The notes under the pieces were generated by a model that saw only the letters and a program-made list of their open reading frames with translations, did not search any database and was not told where the DNA came from. From contig JBNZDD010013634.1 of the NCBI GenBank assembly GCA_050575255.1, positions 2,725,046 through 2,789,045 on the forward strand: a stretch of DNA of 64,000 bases. The letters run 5' to 3'. The position numbers and the translations under genes were made by a program. Below, piece after piece: positions 14,661 through 26,510 of this stretch. Each line of letters starts with the position of its first letter. Within the stretch, counting starts at the first letter, position 1. Source of the DNA: Harriotta raleighana. Its lineage: Eukaryota.

Positions 14661-15902
14661 CCCTAAACACATGGTTATCTTTGGAACAATGTTCTACCTA
14701 ATGGCTGCTGCGTTTACCTTCAGAAACAACTGTACAGCCAAAACTATAATTACCCGTGAAGTATTTTTGTGATGTTTCGATATGGTATACATCTAGCTTT
14801 CTTCTTTTATCCATTGTCTACTGCTGGAAAACATTGATGTGCGGACATCAGAGAAGAACATGATTGGGATTTCCAGGCTACCAAATTTGAGAAGCTTGGG
14901 ACCCTCACTGAAGAATGAGCCATTTGTTTCTTGAATCAGAGAGTACAAACCGTCAACCTGGGGAACTAAGTCTACATATTTCATTTGGTGAAAATATATT
15001 TATAGAAAAAAAAGATAGTAAAATAGTGGGGAAGGATGTTTTGGCTTTCACTTAGCTATTCAACCAGATACTGCCGAAGGAATGCAAGGTATCAAATTTT
15101 GGTTAAATTACTGTCTATAAAAACAAGCTTCCTCTAGGCAGTAAGAAGAAACTGTTAACAAATTACAGACAGACTGAGGCTAATATTAAAAAAAACTGTG
15201 TATTTATCGGCAGGGATAGAAAGAGCTCAAATAAGGGAAAGGAGCGGTTATATAAAAATAAGATTAATTTTTAGTGATGGTTACAATCATTTTATTACCA
15301 GTACAAAGAGTGAACCCGACATGTTGTACCTCTGTAACACAAGGCTTTGGTTATAAATATCTTCTTTTGCCAAATAAATTGTGTTTTACATGTGATTTAA
15401 TATTTACAGGCAAAGTATTATTCCTTCTATTGGACCAAGTCTATAATTAATGGATTTGTAGGGAAAAGTGGAGCAGGGTTCCAAAACCCATTGTTTAATG
15501 ATCTTGCACCCTGTAAATCTCTCTACAGAAATGGTTTGTGCACACACATGGAATACATTTTGCACAGAGACTGTCTCCCAGCTGCACTGACAACTGTGGA
15601 CCACAAGCGAGTGGATGTAATGCCAGCACGAGAAAAAGAATTGTTCATAAGCCACAAACAAAACCAAAACAAACACCATCGTGTTTGACTTGTCATGATA
15701 CAGCTACCAGAGGCACAACTTTAATGAAGTTGCTAATTCTAATTGCACCTTTTGCTTCTGAATTAACCCAATATATTTAATTGGGGGCTGGGAACAGTCT
15801 CACCTGGCTGAAACGCTGAAACTCAATACGTACTGTGTACAGTACAATAGATCCCTGAGCTCTAAAGGCTCATACATAGAGAATGATCGCTTGCGTGAGC
15901 TT

Positions 15903-16100
15903 AATAATAATGATGCTTGCATTTAATACAGCGCTTTTCATGTCTTCTAGACGTCTCGAAGCGTTTCACAGAATATACTGCAAAGTGAATTGACTGTATA
16001 TTTGTGGGTGAAACTCGGCAGCCGATTGTTCACAGCAACGTCCCACAAACAGCCGTGGATTGAAATGACCAATTAATTAATGTTTTTTTTGACGGATTAC
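15903..16100 (-). mobile_element. Truncated SINE
   Basis: Tail and body of the same family. Confidence 0.85.
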
Positions 16101-16168
16101 TAAATCTCTGCACAGAAATGGTTTGTGCACATATGGAATATATTTTGGGATTGATCCCGGATGCCACC

Positions 16169-16936
16169 CCACATGAAGGGAGCTATATTAATGCAATTAT
16201 TGCAAGTTGTTGTTGTTGTTGATGATGATCAGCACCCAGTGTCCCACGNCCACATGAAGGGAGCTATATTAATGCAATTATTGCAAGTTGTTGTTGTTGA
16301 TGATGATCAGCACCCAGTGTCCCACACTCCAGCACTAGACAAAGGTAAATTGTTGTTGTTGTCTCATTGGAGATGACTCAAATTGATTGGTGATTGTACC
16401 CAAGGAAGAGGAAGGGATGGCAGAAAATTGGTGAAGAAATCTTGTCAAAATGGCCATACGTGAAGCGAGCTGTGTTCAATGTACCACAACCCTATTGCAG
16501 CAGACTGCCTGCCGACAGCTCCCAAAGACTGTCCANCCAGTGTCCCACGCTCCAGCACTAGACAAAGGTAAATTGTTGTTGTTGTCTCATTGGAGATGAC
16601 TCAATTGATTGGTGATTGTACCCAAGGAGAGGAAGAGGAAGGGATGGCAGAAAATTGGTGAAGAAATCTTGTCAAAATGGCCATACGTGAAGCAAGCTGT
16701 GTTCAATGTAGCAGACTGCCTGCCGACAGCTCCCAAAGACTGTCCGNGCACTAGACAAAGGTAAATTGTTGTTGTTGTCTCATTGGAGATGACTCAAATT
16801 GATTGGTGATTGTACCCAAGGAAGAGGAAGGGATGGCAGAAAATTGGTGAAGAAATCTTGTCAAAATGGCCATACGTGAAGCAAGCTGTGTTCAATGTAG
16901 CAGACTGCCTGCCGACAGCTCCCAAAGACTGTCCGG
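16169..16936. repeat. Overlapping 80-200 bp duplications separated by n (16249, 16536, 16747)
   Basis: Three copies of gcactagacaaaggtaaattg...cccaaagactgtcc, with an n at each junction between copies. Confidence 0.85.
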
Positions 16937-17492
16937 CATAGAGCCTCAACAACGTTTGAGTGAGGAGGGACTCGAAAACAGAAGTGTTGGGTAACTTGGG
17001 GTTTTGAAAGAGCTCGAAGTGATCCTGGAGCCAAGTCCATTCATACACTTACTCAAGTGGCCTGCATGTTACCATGCCAAAGTGTGGCGCTCCACCGACT
17101 GGCACCACACACAGTCTAGGCTTTGTGATATGTTGCCAGTTGCTGCGTGATGCACTACTAGAAGCTTTCTGAAACAGTTNACATTCCCTGGTCACGGAGC
17201 CAATCTTATATTAAGAAAAAGTAGTAAATCACATGGTCCTTATCTTTATTACTTTCTACTTTAAAAAAAGTTATTTGATGTTCTGACAAATGTAAAGGCC
17301 CTGGCAGACAACACTGCAGGCACCCATTACTCTTGATTGCAGTGTAGAATACGCTGATTTGGTTACAAATGAAATGCAAGCCCAATATAAGAGGTGGTTC
17401 TCTATCATGTCTTCTGCTAAAGAGCATTCAAAAATGTCTTCCTGTATGTCTGTAGCAGATAAAATAATCCTTTTGTTAAGAGGCCATTGCCA

Positions 17493-17806
17493 TAATAATA
17501 ATCCTTGCATTTGATATAGCACTTTTCGCGTCTAGATGTCTCAAAGCGCTTCACAGAATATACTGTAAAGTAAATTGACAGTATATTTGGTGGGTGAAAC
17601 ACAGTAGCCAATTGCACACAGCAGTGTCCCACAAACAGTTGTGGGTTGCAAATGACCAATTTCGTACTTTTTTTTAAAAAGATTATTATCAGCTGTATGG
17701 ACTAAGGAAACTTGCCCAACATTTTGCCCTTCATCCTGCCAGGTAATCAAACCCAGGTCACTCGCTTGCAAAGCAAGTGCTCTAACCACTGAGCTACAGG
17801 ACTCCA
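17493..17806 (-). mobile_element. Full-length tRNA-derived SINE
   Basis: Same family. Confidence 0.9.
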
Positions 17807-18934
17807 CTGTGTTTAACTTACTCAACATTTCAGAAGCTGTGCACCAGATTATCAACCCCCACTTTCCCCTGCTTGTTTGACCCCTCAGACAGCAAAAAAG
17901 ATCCTTGGTTTAGGAGTGTTTGTATGGTATGTCAATGTTCACAATGTACCAACTGATTTGGGTTGAAAAGAAGAAAAATAAAAGGTGGTCTTTAACGGGC
18001 CGATGCATTTTCGGAATTCTGACAAACTATCACGGCCATCCCACCCACCTCAAATTCTATTACAGCAAAAAGCCAGGTAAACATTGTATGTGTCAGCTTA
18101 ATTGACCCTTGCAGAGTATCAGAGTATCATACACATGAAGGGAAAACAGCTGGGGAATCTACATGTAGATACAAGTATTTAAGTAGTCACGCGAGCACAC
18201 AGTCAAACTCTGCCATTATTGGAGAAAGCTAATGTACCTTTTTCATGCACTTCTTCAACGTGACGCGTAAGTCTAGATCTCACGCAGTAAAGTATATGTT
18301 TATTTTATAAATTAAAGTTTTAAAATGGCTGCTCTAGCTCAGTGCATGCAATTTGGGAGACTTTAGATTTAATTAGAAGGAACTTTTATAGAATTAAGAA
18401 AAAAATTGACTGATAGATGTAGTTTGCCATCTACCCAACAAAGAGGTATGTGAATGGTTCACGGTGAGATCACAAGAGGGTTGGACAAAGAAAGCTGTTA
18501 GGCCATTTGACCTCATCCTTTCAAAGTGGCTGCCATCCTTGCGTTAGAGAATGAAGCGGCTTCTTAAATGAATCCAATGTCCTGGCCATTACTATCCTGC
18601 TTGGTAACTCGTTCCAGGATGTTGATTAATGGAAAAAAAAGTTTGTGCTTTATTGCATTCTAAAATGTTGCCTGCCCTGTATTTCAACAGAAAGGGATTG
18701 GATTACTCCGAGGTGCATTTCAAAGAATATTTGCACTTGGGTGGAAGTGGGGAGGACACACATACTGGAAAATAAATAAAACAAGGTTGTTCAGATACCA
18801 TTTAATTAAAAGTGTTCTTTTTAAAAAAATGAAATATTACAATAACCACAGAAACTCAAAATAGTTGTAAAGATTAAATCAATTATAGAAGTGGTGGAAA
18901 CTCCAGGCTCTTTCTATTTGATCCACTGGCTCCA

Positions 18935-18938
<4 letters not shown>

Positions 18939-18970
<32 letters not shown>
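18939..18970. repeat. (TG)n microsatellite
   Basis: Direct read. Confidence 0.95.
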
Positions 18971-18972
<2 letters not shown>

Positions 18973-18974
18973 CT

Positions 18975-19190
18975 GGGTATCTGACACATGCTGAAATTCA
19001 TCAACATGCTAATGAGTATCTGAACCAAAATGAGAATTCCATGTGTCCCAACCACACGTGAAAATTGCAGATAGATTGTTGGAATGGAATGCACACTCTC
19101 TCCCCGGAGAGACGCATCCTGCTTACCTATTTCCGGAAAGTATTAAGCGCAGGTTGGCAAGAGCCGAGGCTTGGGGACCCCAGAGTCTGG
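18975..19190 (+). repeat. Unclassified ~200-bp dispersed repeat (copies at ~44340-44525, 47685-47830(-), 55043-55230, 60507-60710)
   Basis: Shared blocks gggtgtctgaca, tgcttaagagtatccaaac, gattgttggaatggaatgcacactctctccc, tcctgcttacctaattccggaaagtatta. Confidence 0.8.
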
Positions 19191-20529
19191 GTCTCTAACG
19201 CTAATGTTTAACATTTCCTCTACACAGTATAATCAGGTTTGCACTTGGGAGCTGGCTGTCAAATGAAAGGCTGGGGATTGCTGGAAAACAAGGTCACACT
19301 GCTTCCTGCTGGCTGAATGTATGGAAATCTGAACAGCTCTGTATTTTAAGATCACGTTAACAGTCGAAGTGCCAGACAGTTATGAATGCTCTGAGAAAAT
19401 CAGTCTCACATTTAAATAACAAATGTGCTCACTCAATCCTCAAATGTTTGCGGAACACTGCCGTGCTTCACCCACAAAATACACAGTCAATCCACTGTAC
19501 AATATATTCTGAGAAGCTCTTGGGAGACATCTTAACAATGTGATTAGATGCTAGATCAAATGCAAGGGTTATTGTTATCACATTCTAGCATCCAAACAAG
19601 AGTGGGTTTTCTTTAATGGCTGTTTAATTTACAGAAAATAGTGCAACCTTTGGAGGTGGTGGTGGGGGTGGAGAAGGAAGGAGTTAACAATGTAAAAAGG
19701 CAACACATTTCTCCTCAGAGTTGACCTGTTACCACATGGATTTTTCTATCCCACCTGCGGAGGTAACATTGAGCACAGTCAGGTATAGTGACCGCCAAGT
19801 TTCCAAGGAGGCCTAAAAAAACATATAGAGAAAGGCCAACACTGCAGTTTTGCCATCGCATGTCTGGCTAGACTTGCTCCCTGTGGAGCTGTGGGGGGAT
19901 AAAACGTCTGAGGGTTTTTTCCCCCCAAAAAAAAAAGTTTAAGTTGCAATTTAGAACCAGTGGGTGGGCACTGGTTACCAGGTTGCTACTGCTGCCTTGG
20001 AATCACCATGCAAACCAAAGAGGCAGATTGCAAACCCCAGCAGTCTCAGGCTGGCTGACGGCTGGCAGTGTAAATTGCGCTTATGGGTTCATGCTGTTGT
20101 CGTCAGTTTATAATATCCACGGTTGTTGCCGTCCTCAAATCATGATGTACCTATAATGACAAATTACATTTCTACAGCGCTGTACACATCGGGAGGTCGA
20201 CCCAAGGCGCTACATGGAACAAGCTGAGTAAACACTGGTTGCACCAGCAATCCCAGAGCTGAAAGTAAAAACTGTCCTATATCTACCCACGGCCAAAAAT
20301 ATCAATGGTGTCAGTGCCAGGAGTCAGAGGTAAAGCTCTCGTCCATCTTAAAGTCTCCATCATGCTCCCAAAGGCAGACACTTAAACATTCTCATCTTGT
20401 TCAGTCAATGGCAATAGTACAATATAAACATGACCTAAACCAGCAGTGTGACATTGCAATCCAGTGAGATGAACAAGCTCACCCACACTGTCAGTAAGGG
20501 GAGAAAATGAAGATTAAAATTAATGTTGA

Positions 20530-20720
20530 TGGAAGATGAATGTTTTCAGAAACAATATCCTACTTGGGTCGGTGGGGGGGAGGGAAGATAAGTGAGCTGA
20601 ACTGTCTCTAAGATGACATGTTTGGCAATGGAATGTCGGAATCGAGCCAGCCCTCTCTGGTGGTCCTGGTAGTCCGGTTTCTGAGCCAGGCCAGTCCGCA
20701 GACTTCCAGGGCTCATCGGC
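20530..20720 (-). mobile_element. Degraded CR1-like 3' fragment
   Basis: Weak similarity to CR1 3' ends; other weak CR1-like remnants at ~5620-5860 and ~51585-51700. Confidence 0.35.
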
Positions 20721-21898
20721 AGAATTTGGAAAGGCAGGCCAGTCACTGGGGGCAGGGAAACCTCCCACTCAGCTTCTGTTAACCCTTCAAGCCATAGCCC
20801 TTCTGGTTAGAGTGGTCCTAGCTGGACAGGGAGTGGGAAAGCTCGTCAGAGAGTGCTATCAATGGCAATGCAGTTCAGATTTTACCCAGGTCAATCAGAG
20901 ATTGATAACAAATGCTGGCAAGTTACTACTGTAATAAACACAATTTAGAAGCAACAGATCATGTTTCATTACATCTGGAATATTTGTGGAAGGAATGAAG
21001 CAATGTACTTGTACTTTTAGAAGGCATTTGATAAAAGTTTCACATGCAAGACTCAAAGTTCATTGAGTTAATGGTAAATCATCATATTTCAGTACCCTAG
21101 CCTACAGGAGTGTTGATCCATCAGGCCACACAGGGAGAAATAAAGTTAAGAGATCCACAGCAAAGGCTACTCATAATCATTGCTTCGTAGACACTGGCAG
21201 GGATCAAGGAACAACTGACGGTAGAAAGAAAACATCAGCAATGTTTGAAAGAGTGGAGCGGAAGAGTCACCTCCCACATACAGCAACAGAAGCCAATAAA
21301 AATGACACAAAAGCAATTATGGATCTTTCGTGCACAACTTAATTTTTCTTATTTCTGAACGTGGCAGGAGGAAAGAAAAATCCTTTTTTGAATCTAAGAA
21401 ATTTTGTTTTAGATCTTTATTTGGTCTGCGCTGCTGATCTTCTGTGTGAAGTAAGAGTGGAATGGTACAAGAAAAATTGCTAAAGGGTTTGGACTGCTTG
21501 GGACGAAGCTCACTTGGTCTTCCTTTAAGTCAATGGTTGAGGAAGCAAAACATTTAGAGCAATGACAGTAATTCAAGCAGCATTTAAGTAGCTGATGCAC
21601 ATTAATACCGTAGACATTTTAATGGTTATTCAATTAACTAATGGAAAAAAATTCCATGAAAAAATCATACATACATATATTCCATGAAAAAAAATTATAC
21701 ATAAACACCTTCCCCCAAAACAGATTTAAAATTCAAGGAACCTAGAGAAAATAAACAAAATGAAAGTTTTAAGGCAAGTAAACTGCATAGTGGTATTAAA
21801 AAATCATTTTATGGCTTTGTGCTCATAGGCACACCTTTGTTCTTCAATCGTATTGCTTTGAAGTGTATTTTATTTTACTATATTGTATACTTTGTTGT

Positions 21899-21904
21899 TT
21901 TATT
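21899..21904 (-). promoter_or_regulatory. Candidate polyadenylation signal (AATAAA) for C11orf24
   Basis: tttatt on + strand, ~420 nt downstream of the stop codon in AT-rich 3'UTR-like sequence. Confidence 0.4.
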
Positions 21905-22323
21905 GCAAAAATTCCCTTTTGTCCATTAAATCAAATCAAATCTGTGCCAGACATTTGTTTCATTTTGAATAGCACAAATTGTTTGTCGATTCAGTCTGAC
22001 CAGTGACAGTCTCAAGGTATAGCTGTCAAGGTTAGCAACCAAAAACAGTTTAGTCAGTTTCAGAACAATCATGGTTAAAAAAAAAAAGTCTTTGTGTTTG
22101 GAATTATAATCCTCAGAGATACACATTGTACACCTAGGTGAAATCACTCCTGTGCAAAAAGTCTACCAAAAATTCAAGTACTTTATATTGTTTCACTTTT
22201 GGCACAAATTGCTGCTATTGATCCAAACCGTACCTTAGCCAAATGTAGTGAGTATAATAGCCAGATGAACAATTGAAACAAGTCCATTCCTATAACGGAG
22301 ATGTGTTTCAGTTTGTATTATTC

Positions 22324-23444
22324 TTACATATCCGAATCCGCATACATTCCATTTATTAAATAGTCCACTTGAACATAGTCTTTCCTCTTGTAACTGTCGT
22401 ATGCCTTTTGGATAAACAATAGAATACTTATCAAGAAACAGATCAGTCCCAATGTCAGTACCGCTATAAGTAAACTATGATTGGCTAAATATTTAGCAAT
22501 GGCTACTGTGGGCTCAAACGGGAACAGGTATTCATTCGTATTACTAGAAGCAGCTGTGGTTTTAAGTTTAGTCTCCGGTATCTCTGTGGCTACCTTGGAT
22601 GTGGAGGGGATTCTCGAAGTTGAATTGCTCGTCTTAGTTTTATCCCCTTGTTTTGTTGTTGCTGTTGTTTTCTCCTTGATTGTCTGTGTTGTGGACAAAG
22701 CTGTTGTCCTCAGGATTGTGGTTGGTGTGTTTGTCACTGTAGTATGGATTGCCGAGGTGGGGGACGAAGATAGGAGTGTCGTTTTCAAAAATGACCCTTC
22801 CAATGTAATGCTCGGGGTAGCTTCAGAGGGAATAGGGGAAGATGTGGATTCGATTAGGTTTGTCTTTGTTTCTCCAGCTGCTGTGGTTTGTGCTGCAATT
22901 GACAGTGACACGCTTTTGGTGCTGGCTGTGCTCGCTCCTTTGGTTGCCCCAATTGTTACGCTCTGTGTTGTGTACCCACCTGCGGTATTGCTAGCCAATG
23001 GAGTTTCTGTGCTAACGCTGGTTGTTGCAACTGTGCTGTTAGTTGCAGTTGTGTGTGTTCTGTTGCTTGCTTCTGGCTTTGAAGATGGGCTGTTGTTTGA
23101 CCTGACTGTCCAATTAGTGATTGGTGGTTGTTTTGTTTCTACTTCTGGTGTGGATGCATTGGTGGTGACTGCCATGGATGCATTGGTGGATGTCACTGCC
23201 ATGGATGTGTTGGTGGAGTTGCTGGATGTCACTATCATGGATGTGTTGGTACCATTATTGGATGTCACTAGCATGGCTGCGGTGGTGTCCGCGACAGATG
23301 CTGCAGTTCTCTCTTTGGTTGGCATTGATGTTGGAGTTGTTACTGATAATGTTCCGGGAATGGATGTAAGGTTTTCTGTGATTCCATTGATTTTTCTCTT
23401 TTTTCGCACATGTTTTAGAAAATTATTGATGAATGATATTTTTC
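22324..23444 (-). CDS. C11orf24: C11orf24 homolog, last coding exon (RKKR, Ser/Thr mucin stalk, TM helix, cytoplasmic tail)
   Basis: Acceptor ctgttttctag| at 23445-23447 is in frame with ORF 22324-23409. TM helix LLIAVLTLGLICFLISILLFI; tail [28 protein letters not shown] closely matches the C11orf24 C-terminus ([26 protein letters not shown], recalled). Spliced CDS is 1404 nt = 467 aa + stop. Confidence 0.95.
23150..23277 (-). repeat. Coding tandem repeat (24-36 bp units) in the mucin stalk
   Basis: Repeated atggatg...tggtgg...gtcact units encode MLVTSNNGTNTS/MIVTSSNSTNTS/MAVTSTNAS/MAVTTNAS. Confidence 0.85.
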
Positions 23445-23844
23445 CTAGAAAACAGATAATATAATAACTTATAGTGGGAAGTGAACAAGTGCTAAAGTGT
23501 GTATTTAGTCAAGCCTGCCACATCAGTGACAGACAAACACAAACCTTAATATTACTCTCACATGTGATTCACCTTCCGTGCATCTACTGTTCTTATTCCA
23601 CGTTGCAAAACTCACAGATTTTCTTTCCATCTCTGTTGCTGCTTAAAGGTTTGATATTCCACCTCTCCTTCAACCACAGGGAGCCAAAGGACAAAAGGTC
23701 CAAAATTGTGGCAATGGAAAGATAGATCCGTGTTGGATCTCATGGTGTTTCCAACGAAATAAGGAAAGAAAGTGAAACAAGCAGATACTGGAGCCTTAAC
23801 AAAGCAAAGTGCAGCTTTTTTCTGAGGGTATTTGTTAATAAAAA

Positions 23845-24145
23845 TAATAATAATCATAACCTCTGTATTTGATATAGCACTTTTTATGTCTTCTAGATGT
23901 CTCAAAGCGCTTCACAGAGTGTACTGTAAAATGAATTTACTGTATACTTGTGGGTGAAACTCAACTGCCAATTGCGCATAGCAGTGTCCCCCACACAGTC
24001 AGGAATTGAGTGTCCAAATCATTATTATGTTTTTTTCAGGGATTATTATACCCGGAAAAGCAATCCACCAATCGACTGACAACCGTGTTCCTACTTACTG
24101 CTAGGTAAACAGAGGAATGTGGAGTAAGGAAACTTGCCCAACATT
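23845..24145 (-). mobile_element. SINE, longer variant with extra internal segment (C11orf24 intron)
   Basis: Same family plus ~65 bp ending ctaggtaaacagagg. Confidence 0.8.
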
Positions 24146-24411
24146 GCCCTTATGAAATACAGGGAGCAGAAATCCTCACTTGTGTTTCATCCTCAGCTGG
24201 AGCTCTTAAAGAGCTGGCTCAGGCAGGATGGGCTGAAAGATTCTGTGATTCTATGGAAGTAGAAAACTCCAACAAGGTTGTTACAGAGACTGGATCCAGC
24301 CAAACCCATTAATATGGAACCACGATACTGAACGTAAATGATTTGTAGTTTTCTTCAGGATCTGCAATAGCTCCTGCAAAATTTAAGAACAAAACTTGTC
24401 TCTTGATTCAA

Positions 24412-24686
24412 TTCTTCTAGACATCTCAAAATGCTTCACAGAATATACTGTAAAGTGAATTGACTGTATATTTGTGGGTGAAACACGGCAGCTAATTGCA
24501 CACAGCAGTGTCCCACAAACAGGCATGGATTGAAATGATCAATTTTATTATTGTGGGTTTTTTGGGGGATTATTATTAGGCATGTGGAGTAAGGAAACTT
24601 GCCCAAGGTTTCACCCTGACCTGCCTAAATTCGAATCCAGGTCTCATGCTTATAAGTCGAGTGCTCTAACCACTGAGCTACAGGAC
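24412..24686 (-). mobile_element. tRNA-derived SINE (C11orf24 intron)
   Basis: Same family with head. Confidence 0.9.
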
Positions 24687-25012
24687 TGACGCTACACATC
24701 TGTCCTCAAAGCAGTGCAATTCAACAGGGGTTCACTGAGCAGCTTGTGACTTGGTGGTTTTCAGAACCGCAGTCAACCCTCTGGCCATAAAGATATAATA
24801 AATAGAGGAGAAACTTTTTTTTCACAAAAAAAGTCAGTGGGTGGAAGTTAAACAGATGTAAAAAATTGTTCGCTATCTGATCAAGAGGAATGACTCAGAA
24901 ACTCACTTTCTGAAACCCAGTGATGGGAGGGTTAGAAATTGTCAATGCGAGGTTAATACCCACAACCACATTTGGACACAGTTGCCCTTTGAAAGGTAGA
25001 TTGTAGTCATAC

Positions 25013-25135
25013 CTGCTTGCAAAGCTCGAACATCTTCCACAGGGGCTAGTTTGCAGACAGTCAGGTCAAGGCAGTGTAAACAAAAACATAGCTTCTCTTT
25101 CTCTTCCATCACTACCCAGTTGCACCTCAATCCAT
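25013..25135 (-). CDS. C11orf24: C11orf24 homolog, coding exon 2 (Cys-rich, DGLRCNWVVMEEKEKLCFCLHCLDLTVCKLAPVEDVRALQAG)
   Basis: Acceptor tgttgcag| and donor GCAG|GTATGA; 123 nt, phase 1-1; keeps the frame between exons 1 and 3; five Cys. Confidence 0.85.
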
Positions 25136-25140
25136 CTGCA

Positions 25141-25215
25141 ACACAACAACAACAACATCAACAACAAAACTACATTTATAGAGCGCCTTTCATGTCGGGA
25201 GAATGTCCCAAGGCC
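25141..25215 (-). mobile_element. Ultra-short L2 3'-tail insertion
   Basis: caacaacaa...tacatttatagagcgcctttcatgtcgggagaatgtcccaagg. Similar 60-80 bp remnants at ~20155, 28770, 30010, 32560, 34750, 40795, 43452, 54065(+), 56077, 57250 and 61392. Confidence 0.8.
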
Positions 25216-26063
25216 CCGAAAAGAAAATCAAAATGAACTACTGTATTCCAGTTCTGGAAGGTTATTAAGATTTTTTTCTTTTTTAAAAAAAAGTAAATTA
25301 ATTTCAACTAACTGTAAGACATTTGTCTTAGTTGTGACGAGATGCAGCTGAGATCCATCATGCATATGGGTAACTGGATTGCCACTGCTTACAGCTCTCC
25401 AAATCTTTAATAGGACACCGGAGAATACTAACTTTCATTTTATCTGTGGGCTGGAATTAAATTGTAATCCCAGGATTCAGTGGTTTCAAACCCACAAATG
25501 ACCCTGTCAACTCAGCTCAGATTTTCTAGCATTTCACTAAAAAAAAACTCCTTCCCCTTTCTGCTCCTAATGATGTTTCTTTTAACTACATGATCAAACA
25601 CCGTAAATAAGTTACTTATGTCCTTAAATCATCACCGTAATTAATATGTTCAGACATTGAGACTTGCCCTGGGAAATCTGCAGATTAGAATTGAGATGGT
25701 TCGATATAGTTTAATAACAGAGCAGATTTAAAGTTGTGCACAATCACTTTATTGAAATCTGTACTGCACTCAGCAACAAAACATAGTTCTGTAAAAACGA
25801 CTTCTGCAAAATGGGTTTTGCGATACATGTTAAACTGAAATTTGGCTGTACTGAATACAACTGCTTTTCATTTGCCTTGCTCATAGATCAATCACAATTC
25901 CACCGAACTTGGCTATCACAGGGGGATTGGGGCCAAACTTAGCTTTGCTTTGACAGAACACAGGTTTGTTCTGGATCTTTCAATGTGCGTGAACACGCTC
26001 ACAAAAATAAAGGTAAATGGGGTGAAAAAATATTGAAAGGTTTAGCAATTCTGGTCAACAACC

Positions 26064-26284
26064 TTCTGTTTGTGGGACAAAACACAAAATACTACAGATG
26101 CTGGAAATCTGAAACAAAAACAGAGAGAGCTCGGAAAAACTCAGCAGGTCAGGCAGCATCTTTGGAGAAAGGAAAGTGAGTCAACGTTTTGGGTCCACGA
26201 CCCTTCGTCAGAACAGGTTCCTTAGATGCTGCCTGACCTGCTGAGTTTTCCCAGCTCTCTCTGTTTTTGTTTCTGTTTGTGGGA
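26064..26284 (-). mobile_element. Second copy of the palindromic Penelope-like element with 14-bp TSD
   Basis: Same family in opposite orientation; short inverted arm ~26225-26272; TSD ttctgtttgtggga at 26064-26077 and 26271-26284; hammerhead core on - strand reads CTGACGA...AAAA (G12 lost). Confidence 0.8.
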
Positions 26285-26324
26285 TATTGTTGGGTGCAAA
26301 CTGGCTGCTGCATTCGTTTACAAA

Positions 26325-26510
26325 ATAATGATAATAATCCTTGTATTTGATATTGTGCCATATCCCATCTTCAAGGTGTCTCGAAGCACTTCACAGAATA
26401 GACTGTAAAGTGAATTGATTGTACATTTTGTGGGTGAAATGTGGCAGCCAATTGCGCAGAGCAGCGTCCCATACAAACAGGCGTGGATTGAAGTGATCCA
26501 TTTTTATTTG
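26325..26510 (-). mobile_element. Truncated SINE
   Basis: Tail and body of the same family. Confidence 0.8.

Noticed and set aside
22481-23464. 327-aa plus-strand Val-rich ORF
   Set aside because: Antisense shadow of the Thr/Ser-rich C11orf24 exon; non-ATG start and no recognisable domain.
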